DNA of 64,000 nucleotides from Chrysomallon squamiferum (GCA_012295275.1 CM022667.1:7750001-7814000); one strand, 5' to 3'; shown: positions 27,696-41,574, numbered from the stretch's first letter. Numbers and translations are program-made. Notes: generated by a model not told the origin, from the sequence alone.

Positions 27696-28984
27696 GCTGA
27701 AGACGGTGAAAGCTGTAATTGCTCTGGTGTTGAAGTGACGGCACTTGTTCTATTTATAGCCTGTCTGGAAACCGCTGAAGAGACGAGTCTGTGAAAGGCT
27801 GGAGGAAGCTGCTGAATCGTTTCCTCAGATCTGGTTCATCATCAACACAGGAACCGCAGACTGCTGTGTTTCCTCGTTGTGGATGTAAGTAATGAATATT
27901 GAATGTTTATTTTGTATAAACTTATCATTCAGAAGAAGGAATCTCTTACAATGTGATTGTAATGCGATGAGAAGGGTTTTTGACAGAAGATAAAGGTGGA
28001 AATTAAAATTAATAAGGGAAGAAAGAGACTAAGAAAGAACGAATTGAAGGAAAATAGAGAAAAATGAGAAAAAAAAGAAGAAATGTGAGAAACCTTGCAA
28101 CAAGTACAAATAACAAAGAAAAAGAAAAGCAAGAAGTATTTTGAAATGTGATTTTTTAAAAAGTAATTAAAGAAAAAACATGTGTAAAATATAGATGAAC
28201 AAAACAAAATAAGGACAACTGCTGAAAATATCACGATACAGCTCAATCACTGAAATGTTAGAAAATCTACTGAAAATTGAGCTAAGTCATCACTGTGTTC
28301 ACATCCTAGTAACTGAATTCTCCGTTCAAGTGAGTTTTAGAGAATTACAAAGAAGAGAAAGAACAATCCTCTTGTAAAACCTCAAAACAGAAGCAAGACG
28401 CTGAGGTCAGAGATGAATGATTTCTGAACATGATAAAAATAATAATAATAATAATAATAATAACAGCAGTAGTTTGTAATAATAACAACAATAACAAGTA
28501 GTTTGTTATAAAAGAAAGAAGAAAAAACGGCTGGTACCAGGAAGCGATCTCTCGGACTATCACACTTAAGGCTGACAGGTTAACCACTCTGCTGAGTCGA
28601 GTCCTGCACGTACACAAAGCGTGTTCTGTAGCAGCGTGTTCTGTTTTTCTCCACTAAAGCGCCGGGTTGTCGTGGAGTGGAAAAAACAAGCTACTAAAGT
28701 ATTTTTATTTATTTTCAATCAGCGTGTTTATTCAGCTCTCGCCGTTAACCGCCGGATTTATCCGATAATGGACGACGTTTCCGTGCTGCGAAGTGGAATA
28801 TTCAGCATCACGCAGACGTGACACCGAGTTTCCCGCCAATCCGTTTTACCGCTTGTTAACAACAAACACGCCGCTAGAACGCGAGCCGTTCTGATAAACG
28901 CAGTCACGTCACAGGCAGCCCCGGCTGAAAAAACCCGCCGCCAGACACCCGCAATACCCTCTTTTACAGCTGTTCACCGCTTAA

Positions 28985-29070
28985 CTAGCAGGAAGTAGTT
29001 CCGACACGAAATGTCACAGCACTTCCGGCAAATAAGCACATCACGCAGGCGTATATTGGTACTTCCGTTC
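28985..29070. promoter_or_regulatory. Cluster of ETS consensus sites
   Basis: CAGGAAGT (28989), ACTTCCGG (29021) and ACTTCCGT (29061) inside a CpG-rich island. Confidence 0.45.
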
Positions 29071-29298
29071 TAGCGTAACTTGGTACATCAAACATCACTT
29101 CATTAGAGGACGTTTTAAACAACGTCCGGCTGGACTCGTCTGTTAATGCGACTGTAATTGAAAACTGAAACGAAATCCCACAGCTGTTTTAACACTCAAG
29201 TGTCTTCATGTACCTTTTCAACTTTTACTTTCACTTTGAAATAATGTACCCTATTTACGGATTTACTGAATAACCTGCTTGTTTATTTACGTATAAAG

Positions 29299-29372
<74 letters not shown>

Positions 29373-30509
29373 GTTTATTGAATTATTAAGCTTTTGTTTA
29401 CAATAGTATCTGATTGATCAATAAAATACGATTTTTAACTAACTGCATATTTAGTCTTGGTATTTACATAAACGACACTGTGAAATAATATAAATTATGC
29501 AGGAAGAATAATATGAAAAACTGAAAAACAAAAACAAAGAAAGAAAAACAAAGAAAATCAAAAACAACCAAAGAAAAAAAAAAAAAAAAAAAAAAAAAAG
29601 AAACATGGACAAAACCACCAGAAAATAACAAATAAAAAATTAAATTAAATTATACAGAAGAAAAAAGTAATAATAATAAAAGAAAGAATAAGAAGAATCA
29701 TTTTGACAAGTAATAAAAATCGATGTTAGTTCCAGTCATCAGTCACGTACAATTCACGTATCAGTTCGCATTGAGGTCAAGACATCTGTACGAGTCTGAC
29801 CTCGGTCCTTTGCCGTTCTTCGCTAAGTTTAACACGTTCCATCTGAGAAGAGAAGAGTTTTATTTAGACGCCGCAGTGTTTACAGATAACAAAGATTCTG
29901 TCAAAACGTATTTTGTCATAGCTGTCAAATAAAGGAATCGAGCTCGTGGTGTCCATTGAAAACCGTCACTGACCATTGTCGTCCGACAGCCAGCACACGA
30001 TTCGGCCGATCCTGATAGCCACGGCTAATCATTGCTGACCATTGTCCAGGACAGGCCTCGCGCGACTCCGCTGACCTCAAAGGTGGACATTTCGATTACG
30101 ACCCCTCGCGACACAATTGGCACGCGACTTTTCCCGATCTTTCTGTGTAACAGTGTTTTGCGTTGACGATGTTATTCGGAGGCGATGAGGTGCGTGACTC
30201 TCAGGGAGTGTTTTAGGTCACACAGACGTGTCAATGAGCGCGTTCGGTTGTTGTGTCCCAGCACAAAAAAAAAAAAACTCTCGTGAAATCCGGATGAAGC
30301 CGGTCATTAAAGTTTATTAGGATCAAGGAAATTATTGCATACTCAGAAACATAATGACATCGTCAGCGAGCTGTGACGTGTTTGTCGTGGCTGGGGAGCG
30401 TCTGACATGCACTGCACGTGCGTGCACGAGGCCAGACTGCACTGCTGACCTGCGTTTCTAAATAACTAACTGACGACATGCAGCACACTGTCTCCAGGCG
30501 TTTTTCTCA

Positions 30510-31145
30510 GTTCACTGAACACTTCATGTCACATCTTTAGTGTCACTAAACACTTCATGTCACATCTTTAGTGTCACTGAACACTTTTCACACAACGACA
30601 TCTTTAGTGTCACTAAACACTTCAAGTCACAACTTTAGTGTCACTAAACACTTCGTCACATCTTTAGTGTCACTAAACACTTCGTCACATTTTTAGTGTC
30701 ACTGAACACTTCAAGTCACACAACGACATCTTTAGTGTCACTAAACACTTCAAGTCACATCTTTAGTGTCACTAAACACTTCAAGTCACACAACGACATC
30801 TTTAGTGTCACTAAACACTTCAAGTCACACAACGACATCTTTAATGTCACTAAACACTTCATGTCACATCTTTAGTGTCACTAAACACTTCAAGTCACAT
30901 CTTTAGTGTCACTAAACACTTCATGTCACACAACGACATCTTTAGTGTCACTAAACATTTCAAGTCACACAACGACATCTTTAGTGTCACTAAACACTTC
31001 ATGTCACATCTTTAGTGTCACTAAACACTTCATGTCACATCTTTAGTGTCACTAAACATTTCAAGTCACAACTTTAGTGTCACTAAACATTTCAAGTCAC
31101 AACTTTAGTGTCACTAAACACTTCATGTCACATCTTTATTGTCAC
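30510..31145. repeat. Minisatellite, 31-bp unit (38-bp variant) with internal palindrome TTTAGTG-T-CACTAAA, about 19 copies
   Basis: Unit tgtcactaaacacttcatgtcacatctttag, with an optional 7-bp acaacga-type insert. Confidence 0.95.
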
Positions 31146-33142
31146 AGACAAAACTGAGAACAGAGGAAAACTATTTGTTTATTTATCTATTCATTCATTC
31201 ATTCATGCGTTGATTTTTTGGTTGTTTGTTTGTTTATTTGTTACAGAAACGTATCAGCTAACATATACAGCTCTTGTTTCTGTGTAAGTATGTAAACAAA
31301 TTTCAAAATTAATAAAATGCACCATAAATTACCATTGGTGATGTGGTGATAGTTGTGATATATCTCGAAACTGTCATGTTATCATCAACATCATCAACAT
31401 TAGTATTATAATTGTTATTTTTATTGTAATTGTTATTATTATTGTTGTTGTTGTTGTTGTTGTTGTTGTTTGTTGTCAGTGTTTGGTGAGAAGGAATACG
31501 TCTCTGCATCTAATTTATATATTTCCCGATCCAAACATGGCCTATATATCGAGTTAACGGTGTTTTCTGATAAAACTGATGTAAAAGATGATGTATATTT
31601 TGAAGCTAATCAGTGACTCTAGAGTGTAATGGTTTCCTCTCGTTTCTTCGTAAAAACAGAAAAAACACAACAACATGAAAAACTCAGTAATATTAAAATG
31701 TTAGTTCACTAGCTCAGAGTATCAGGTGGAAATCACAGATAAAATTATACACTTTCAAAAGTCAACCATGACTTTCCATTTTCTTCAAAGTAAATAACAA
31801 AAATAAAATTAAAGTAAAATAAAATAAAATAAAATAAAATAATTTAATAATTAAAACAGAAATCTTGCACCAGACGAAACAAAACAAAACTGTAATATTC
31901 TCTCGGTTTATTTCTAGTTATATTTAAACTTGTCTACTTTGTCATTTTCCAAGTCTTTATTCAAACATCTCCGTTCATCAAGATTATTTTGATTTTTTTT
32001 ACAAATTTGATTTTTAAGATAAAATCTAATTCCTGGTATTTAGCTGTCCTGTAACACTGCTATAAAATGGTGTAAAATTCTATAAAACGGTGTATAACAC
32101 TGAAATAAAATAACACAAAAACCGCCCTTTAGGGAAATCACGGATTCTTAACAATAGACTGAAACTTCAATTTAAGCGAAACATGTTAGTAAAAATAAAA
32201 TTATAAAAAAAAACCACAAAAAAAAAAAATCCATCTTGTTCTGTACAAAACGACGTCGTGATAAATGTCGTGAGGCAGACGTCGTCGTTTTGTGAACGCT
32301 ATCTACAAAACATTTAACACATCCGCTGCTCACGTGACCTTTGCGTGTACAACGTTCTAATCGTGCACGTGATTACACGACGACTGAGATGCTCACTGCA
32401 GATACAAACTGGCCAGTGGTTGACGTTGTCGCTTCACTCCTTATCACCGCTTCAACGGCGGTGTCAAAAAAAGGTTGATGCAAACAACATCAGCGACAAT
32501 GAAGTTCTGAAGTCGTAATCAAGGGGCGGTAACTCATCGCTCTGTGCGGCGCGTGCCGATGACGTTTAGTTGGGTTGTGGAGGTTTCCAGGTGCCCAGTG
32601 ATTGTTTCTGTCACGCGAAAACGCTGTAGACAACCTAAAGAGTCAGCGATCCGTGACGAGCACTCACTGTAGTTGTAGATCGTCTACAAGGACGTAATTA
32701 AAAAAAAAAAAAAAAAAAAATCAAGTTGAAACACTCAAATGTGACGCACCATTTAGTAAACAAAGAGTTTTAAACTACTACATACTGTACAGAGTTCAGT
32801 AAATGTGTGAAATCTAATTTGTAACTTATTAACAAAGTCAAACAATGTTCATGTTGTATGCGGCAGTTGTATGGATAAAAGTGATAACTAAGATGATATT
32901 TTATTTTTAGTCCCAAAGAAAGGAAGTAAGAAGAAATAACAGTATGTTAAGTAGTCAGAGTGGACAGGTGAGTGAATGTATACTTTGTATTTCACCTTGT
33001 TTCTTAATCTATAGGCTTTACTTACCCCCCTCCCACAACAACAACAAAAGAGCAACACCAGTATCCTAATAAAAATAAAATAAAATATTTATATAATAAG
33101 TCATTTCCAAAATGTGAATTGTTTTCTTAACATTGATTGCTT

Positions 33143-33247
<105 letters not shown>

Positions 33248-33574
33248 TAGTTTGGTCACACAAACATCAGTACAAGATCGATCAAACACTCTATTTTCTG
33301 AATATCGATTGCACAAAACACAAAGCGGGTGAACAATCTGTGTGTCACACATCGGCAGAGAAATCGCAGAATTCAACAAGTGAACAGCGCTGAACGTGGG
33401 AAAGTCGATTCAGGTGAAAATGTCCGCGGGTCTCTTTATACCCGTATTGATTCTCACCTCAACAGAGAAACACACGAGTGAATTTTAAAAATATATAACA
33501 GTAGTAAGATCTCACTGGGAAACACACAACAAATGATCTGGAAACGAGATCACTGGGTCGAAACCAGTCGTTGT

Positions 33575-33576
<2 letters not shown>

Positions 33577-33662
<86 letters not shown>

Positions 33663-33665
33663 TCT

Positions 33666-33706
<41 letters not shown>
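33577..33706. repeat. (GT)n followed by (GA)n compound microsatellite
   Basis: Direct inspection. Confidence 0.95.
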
Positions 33707-33708
<2 letters not shown>

Positions 33709-33946
33709 CATCATCATAATTCTACCTATTCATATCAAGCAGGTTTATTTTAACTGTGAGCTAATTATTATATCTGCTTATTTTAAACACAGTATTATTT
33801 TGCGATTTAAAACGATTTTTATACAAATATTCAAAAAAGTGTAAAAAGAAAACGTACTACAAATATTGTAAGATATACATATTTAAACTTTAACCTCACC
33901 CGCGCGCATCCATACATACACACACATACAAAAACACACACGCACG

Positions 33947-33984
<38 letters not shown>

Positions 33985-34802
33985 ACCGTTGTTTCTGGCA
34001 GACACCGTACTGCACACCGGGACAAAATGGACTAGTGAAGTCGAGTGTGATGCAAATAAGAGCTAATTTCGTCCTCTGTTTTAAATCCATTGTCTAAACT
34101 TAATGTCATCTCACGAGCTCTGAGTTAACTTGGGGGCGCCTGGATTGCTGATCCATCTCCCAAAATTACAGGGATCACGACGCTTCGGCACGTGAGCATG
34201 CGCAGTCTCTGCGAGCTATTCTCTGCCGGAGCGTGCCTCGCACGTGCCATCACAGAAGACAAAAGCTGCCGAGCCTCGTGAACACGCAAAGTCTTTTCAC
34301 TCGCGAGGTTGTCATCTCTCCTCGCAAACACACCGAGTCTTAACGGCCGACGAAGCGTAAAATATTTTTAGCAGATACGTATCATTGGCCGTCGGCCATT
34401 CAAACTGCCCCCCTCGCACGCGCCAACTGTGACGAGCTCCCGTGATGTCTCGCGCTCATCCCACGTGACTAGATGAATGTATCCTTGCGCATCGTGGGTG
34501 TCTAATGATAGCCTTTCTGATAAATACTCTTCCAGGTGGGGATGACTGTGTTTTCTGTGACAGGAGACATGTATTAGTAGATATTAATTAGCTGTGTGTT
34601 GTGAAACTGGCCCGTCTCAGCACTCTCCTTTCTCTTTTACTGTTTTGTAAATACACAGGCTGGACAGCTTGACCGACGTACAGGGTCACTTACAACCAAT
34701 CAGTCCTCCCCCCCCTCGCTCCCGTTACTTCCTTGAGAATAAGTGTTAACTTAAGTCTGGATCGACAGAGTGACGTCTGCTTAAGAGCAATATTAAAAAT
34801 TA

Positions 34803-34858
<56 letters not shown>

Positions 34859-35414
34859 GTTGTTGTTGTTGTTGTGTTATTATTATCATTATTATAAATT
34901 TTATAAATAAATAAATTATTAATAATAATCATAATAATTATTATTTTTATTGTTATTGTACTTACTTCTGATGATCATGATGTGGATGTTGATGTTATTT
35001 ATTTATTAAATAATTAATTTAGTTTTATTTTTTTGTTTGGAAAATACTGCTATAGTCAGGTGGTCAGAGCGCACTGACGACCAAAGAATAAATAATCATC
35101 AGCGTAGTAATCAGGCTTTTTCCATTCCAACCACTGCGCCAAATCTGGATTATTAAAGGTTGATTATATGTGTTATCTGTAATACAATTAATATATACAC
35201 CGTACATATTTATTTATGTTTAACTGAAAATATGATGAGGTCATTGTTAAATAAAACGTTTTCCTTTTAAGACACTTTTATATTAAAGACCTGTGATGTA
35301 GTTTTCATAAAATAAACATTTCTGATCTGCTATTTAGACTTTTTTTTATCATCATTAAATCACTAATATCTTCACATAAAATTTATCGTCATGATTATTA
35401 ATTATAATTATTGT

Positions 35415-35447
<33 letters not shown>

Positions 35448-37254
35448 TAGTAGTAATAGTAGTAGAAGCAGTAATTGTTGTTTTGCAGTTGTAGCGTAGT
35501 AATGTAACAAGGTAATAGTAATGGCAGTAATAGCAGCTGTAGTTGTAGTTGTAGTTGTAGTTGTAGTTGTTGTTGCTGTACGGTTAAAACTCATATGATA
35601 GTGGTGTTTAGATACAATAGTAATAATAATAAATTTAGTTTTTCGCGTTATAGAGATTGTTTTTCATTGTAGTTCAGTTGACAGAAAAATCAGCTTCAAA
35701 TAATATTTTAATACTAATACTACTAATAATATCATAAGAAGAAGAAGAGCGACAACAGCAATACAAAAAACATTAAACACTATTAATATTATTTTTGACC
35801 GCACAAACTTTCTTATCCTCTGATTATCTTTTTTTTTTTTTTTTTTTTTTTTTTCATCTTTACATTTCTTTTGACTTCTTTTCTTAATTTTGTCTGCATT
35901 ATCAGTCATATGTTTTATCTATTTTGTTCATTTACTATTATTTCCATTGCTGTTGTCGTTTTTCTCGGCAACTTCATCATCAACATTATTTTTGATGTGG
36001 CTCTCCTCTACGTTAGTCGACCAGCGAGGAAGTCGATTTTGAAAAATTCTATTAATATGGACAGAGAATCAATTAAAAGTCGTCAATTGTGAATTCTTGT
36101 TTGTATTTCTCCAATACAGTTTTTAAATTACAATAAAAATAAACATAACAATAGGTAGAGTTAGAGAGAGAGAAAAATAATATTATTTCAAGACTAGAGA
36201 AAAATAGAAACAAAAAAAACATTCACTATTTTTTTTTTTTTTTTTTTGAAAAGGCAAAAACCCAGAAAGTGTGATGTTACTAAGAATAAAACTCATTAGT
36301 TACACATCAACGTGCATTGTGGGTAGGACGGTGCACGTGCAAATTAACACATCGATTTATGCGACTCATGGGAATTTGGTTGAGAATACTTTCCCAGATT
36401 TATCATCTCATTGTGAATATATTATGATAATCAACTGCCGCTGTGGTTTGAACAGTTTACAGTTAAAAGTATTTTCACTTACTTATTCGAAGCCCGTGGA
36501 ACAAGTGCAGCGACATTGTGTAACTCGCCTGTCAAAAAAAAATTGCGACATTTCTTGTTAATGGTTTCTGTAATTGTGACGGCGAACTGCGCATGTCCCG
36601 CCACGTGGTGCCTGTGTGTAGTTTGCGGCAAAACCAATACTGGGCAAATTTTTATCAATGTGATAATGCATCTGCAAGATACACGTGTCTAATTTCAAAT
36701 GGAATGCTTATGTTTTCAAAGCAAACAAAAAAGAAGGCGCGCGTGCCGGGCGCGTGCAGGCGAGTTTGCCATTCGGTTGTTTTCGTGAGACCACGTGACT
36801 GATGGGACAGGCAGCATTTGATCGATGTAAAAACAATGGCCGTTATCCGTTTGTTGTTTGATTTTACGGCGCATTAATGCCAAACTTGTGTAATTTGGCC
36901 GCATTCTTCATAAAAAAACATCTTGATCCGCGAATCGTAATGGCTGCACCAGCATATTTTAGTGAACCCATATACTTGTTTTAATGTGCATTAAACAACG
37001 AAACTAAACTCCCTTTTAAAGTTTTTATCAAACTTAAATAAATGTTTTTATTTCTCCCCGACAAAGAACATTTCTCGCTCGGACAGACGCTTACACAAAC
37101 ACAGACCTGAACAGACACACATTTCTCACTTTTGTTATTAAAAACACTTTTTTTATTATTATTATTATAGTTACATTATTATTATTATTATTATTATTAT
37201 CATCATCACAGTCATCATTATCATCATCATCACCATTATTATGCCGAAGAAACA

Positions 37255-37359
37255 GTAATAGTAATAACAGTAACAATAATAGTAGAGTAATAGTTGCAAT
37301 AGCAGGAGAAATAATTGCAGTAGTGGCAGTAGCACCAGATACAGAGGTAGTAATAATAA

Positions 37360-37404
<45 letters not shown>

Positions 37405-37830
37405 CAATAGTAGTAGTTGTAGCAGTAGTAGTGTTGGTGGTAATAGCAGCAGTAGTAGTAACAATAGTAGTAGCAGCAGTAGTAGTAGTAGAAGTAGTAG
37501 AAGTTTTAGCGGTAGTAGTAGTAGTGGTAATAACAGTAGTAGTAGTAGTAGTGGTAATAGCAGTAGTAGTAGTAACACTAGTAGTAGCAGCATTAGTAGT
37601 AGTAGTAGAAGTAAGTAGTAAGTTTTAGGCGGTAGTAGTAGTACTAATCAGTGGTAAAACGTTATACAGTAGTAGTAGTAGTAGTGGTAATGCTGCAGTA
37701 GCTCCGTAGTAGTAGTAGTACTAGTAGTAGTAGTGGTACAGGCTCCGTCCTCTGTGTTACACTCTGCTGTACACTTTGTATAGCAGTAGTAGTAGTAGCT
37801 GTTGTAGTAATGGTAGTAGTAGTAGTAATA
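37255..37830. repeat. Degenerate (GTA)n microsatellite
   Basis: Direct inspection; source of the poly-V/poly-L ORFs. Confidence 0.9.
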
Positions 37831-39715
37831 GAGGTAGGCACTACTGAGTCAGTGACCGGGTTGATAATCCATACTAATCAGTACTAAACACGTTATATCA
37901 ATAAATCTATTATTGATCTTCCTCTGTGTGACTTTTTGCTGTACACTTTGTATCAGCCTCCGAGCACCGAGATCTTTAAACGTCAGAATGATCTAACTTC
38001 AAACTACTTTCACAAACAATGCTGTTTATTTTGTACACACTGGAACATACTCACCGAAATACGTATGATTATGAATATTCAAAATGTTAATTTATATCTT
38101 CTTTTTTTCCCTAATTTATTGTATTTTGTTTTATTAAAATTATTTTTCATCTTTTTTCCCTTCTTCTCTGTTTTTCTTTCTTTCTTTCTTTATTTACTTT
38201 TTGTTTATTTTCATTATTATTGTTGTTGTTGTTGTTGTTGTTGTTATTATTATTATTATTAAAAATATAAATAAAAATTAATTAATTATATAAATAAAAT
38301 TCTTTAAAAATGTCTTGAACCGGTATGTTAAGCATGTACTAAATAAAAGCTTCAAAATTAAAACACGTTATAATTAAGCTGTTATTTGTTTTACCAGAAA
38401 TATAATATTTACGTCCAAAATGGCAACAAACAAAACTCACATTATACCTTTAGCAGATAAAAGACACACATAATAATTATTATCTATAACAAATCCATTT
38501 TGTGCGTTTTCGCTTCTATTTCCCGCATCTGCGACAAGGTCTTAGGTTAATTCAAGGGGAATAACTACAAAAAATGCCAGAATTTCTGCAACTGAAACGC
38601 GTAATGGTTGCTTAGTCTTTCTAGTATATTTGTTTATCCTTCTTTTTCTTATCTTCGCGTTCAAATTAACGTTGGTAGACAACACTTTATCATTTACTGT
38701 GATTTAATTCTGTTTTATTCTGTGATATGATGAAAGATAATAAAAGCTATTGAGACTTTTTCAGTTAATCAGCTAAAACAGACGACAGAGAATGTTATTA
38801 ATAACTATTATGACTGCTACTACTAATACAACTACTACTACTATACTACTAGTATTATTACTACTACTACTAATGCTGATAATAATACTTTTACTGCTAA
38901 TAATAATGCTAAAACCAAAACTAATACTACTACTGCTGCTATTACTTATATTACAGCTATTAGTACTACCACTACTACTACTTCTACCGCTACTACTACT
39001 ACTACTACTACTGCTACTACTTTTAGTAATATTAATGTGAGTACTAACATAAAGTTACGATATAAAATTCTTTGAAACGATATTCACACCACATCTATCA
39101 CCAAGTTTTCGTTTATTTAAGATACAACGTTTTTCCCTACTAGAAGGAGAAGTAAAGCTTTACACTGTGTAACAAACACCCCCCTTGCCTCGCAACTTGG
39201 TCACGTGATTTTGTTTTTGATATCCGTTAACGACCAAGGTTCAGTTCAGATGTAGTTTATGTTTGTAAACAGTAAAGATAGTAAACACATGACAAAACGG
39301 TGTCGAGGTATACTGCGCAAAATAAATAAGACGCCTAGTGTTCAGCATCGAATTTATGTTAGAAATCAGAGCCGAATTATATATTTATTTTTATTATTTC
39401 AGTTTATATTTGTTTTATTTTATTTTATTTTATTTTATATTTATTTTATTTTATTTTATTTCATTTCATTTCATTTTCATTTTCATTTATTTTATTTTTA
39501 TTTTTATTTTTATTTATTCATTTGTTTTTCTATTTGTTTGCCTGATTCATATGTCCCTCTGTTCTTTTGCTAATAACTACCTATTTATTGTATGATTAAA
39601 TACATTATTTTCTGTTTTCATTATTATCGATTTATTGATCGATACATTTATAAAAGTTATCAAGGAACCAAACTTTAGTATTAATTACAACTACCTGTAG
39701 TGATGTAAATAATCT

Positions 39716-39725
39716 GTCACGTGAC
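39716..39725. promoter_or_regulatory. Palindromic E-box GTCACGTGAC (CLEAR/USF-type) just upstream of gene B
   Basis: Perfect 10-bp palindrome ending 29 nt before the ATG at 39754. A second copy, GTCACGTGAT, is at 39200-39209. Confidence 0.5.
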
Positions 39726-39753
39726 CACAACTTTTTTTTAACAGTATTACAAC

Positions 39754-39820
39754 ATGGCGATTAACGTTTTCTTCCTCGTTGTTTTAGTTCATTTTGCAGC
39801 AGCTTTCCAGCCAGAAGTGT
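39754..39820 (+). CDS. Gene B exon 1: signal peptide MAINVFFLVVLVHFAAAFQPEV(Y) of a CUB-LDLa single-pass membrane protein
   Basis: Strong start context acaacATGG, hydrophobic leader ending AAA, donor GTGT|gtaagt. Phase 1 matches the next exon. Not in the ORF track (too short). Confidence 0.85.
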
Positions 39821-39965
39821 GTAAGTTGTAAACAACAGACAACTCTTACTGTTTAGTTTTTAGTTGCTGTGTTAGATCACGTTTTATAATCACAGGTTAA
39901 ACTCAGATTTCACACACTGTAAAATTTATCTACACAACTAACATGTGACGAAGCAAGTGTAAATA

Positions 39966-40100
<135 letters not shown>

Positions 40101-40456
40101 CTCTCTCTGTATATCTCTCTCTCTTTCTTTCTCTTTTGTTATTATATGTTTTCACATACACATCCACACACAGAAAGACAGCGACAGATATATGTATGTA
40201 TTTATATGTGCCTGTTAATTCCAGATGTTAAGTGCTTCCCCGTAACATAACACTTGAACTAAATACACGTTATAACAATAAAACTGAATAGTGCGCAGCA
40301 CAAAACTGACAATACACTACACACACTTGTTTAACTAATACACAACGAATACTGTGAACTGTTAAAACTCCTGCACCAACTAAACAAAAATATTTTAATG
40401 AAGATCGTTTTACGCCAAGTTTCCATTTATTTTCTCCCTTCATCAGCTTAACATAA

Positions 40457-40583
<127 letters not shown>

Positions 40584-40725
40584 ATAATAATAAATAATAA
40601 TAATAATAATAATTATAATAATAATAATCATAAAATAATAAATAAATAACAACAACAACAATAACAAAAAGATTTGTAGCTTCATTACAGAAGAGTTCTT
40701 GAACGAGTTTATGTGCTTACTTCAG

Positions 40726-40950
40726 ATTCCATGTCCTCCTACTGCGGAGAAACTCTCACCGTCAGGTCAGCTGTCCGGCTCCGGGTCAACAGCCACGCTT
40801 GGCCCCTCCCTGCCGACTGCCGAGTAACCATCAAAGCATCCAGCGTCTACCACAGCGACGAGCACGTCTCCATACACTTCAACAGCGTCAACCTCGACTG
40901 CGCCCAGGCCAGAGTGGTTGTCATGGATACGCACGGAGGCCAACTCACAC
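40726..40950 (+). CDS. Gene B exon 2: N-terminal part of a CUB-like domain
   Basis: cttacttcag|AT TCC ATG...CTC ACA C|gtaaat. 225 nt, phase 1-1. YSMSSYCGETLTV..ADCRVTIKA..VSIHFNSVNLDC..RVVVMD shows CUB cysteine/beta-strand spacing. Confidence 0.88.
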
Positions 40951-41052
40951 GTAAATTACATCAGTTCACATTTGTTCACATTTGTTCAAAAACACGTCTA
41001 AGCAAATTAATACTGCTAATACTTGCCGCACGAACAAACAACAACAACAACA

Positions 41053-41086
<34 letters not shown>

Positions 41087-41208
41087 AATTATTATTACTA
41101 CTGTTGCTGTTACTACTACTACTAATATTATTATTACTACTATTAGTACTACTACTACTGCTTTTAGCACTACCAGAAAATATAGCACTAATATTAATAC
41201 AACCTCTG

Positions 41209-41245
<37 letters not shown>

Positions 41246-41430
41246 CACTATTAATATTACTCTATATCTGTTCACATTATTAGAGAACTGCTAGTACTAA
41301 TATTACAGCTTCTATTTCTACTACTATTACTACTACTACAATTACTTTGTCTATTACTATCAATCTGATAACAGTAACAAATAAGTTGATATACGCTGCT
41401 TTCTGTACTTACATGTGTTTACTGTTACAG

Positions 41431-41574
41431 CGGAGGGTGGAGTGTGCGGCTATGACACGCCCTCTGAACAACCGTTTGAGTCTACAGGGGACGGGGTAAC
41501 AGTGGAATTCTCTGAGCTGACAGTTCAGTCACAGACTGGAAGCGTTGAAATACTCGTCACAGCTCTTAGTGATG
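41431..41574 (+). CDS. Gene B exon 3: C-terminal part of the CUB-like domain
   Basis: actgttacag|CG GAG...AGT GAT G|gtaggc. 144 nt, phase 1-1. GVCGYDTP..FESTGDGVTVEF..GSVEILVTA matches the CUB 'CG...P....S.G....V.F' pattern. Confidence 0.9.

Noticed and set aside
33026-33065. Minus-strand AG..GTAAGT-bounded 40-nt segment
   Set aside because: Low-complexity content, not frame-preserving, no partner exons; such pairs arise easily in T-rich DNA.
35050-35148. tRNA A-box-like motifs (TAGTCAGGTGGTCAGAGCGC; minus TGGCGCAGTGG)
   Set aside because: No B-box or cloverleaf; at most a decayed SINE head, not supportable as a tRNA or mobile element.
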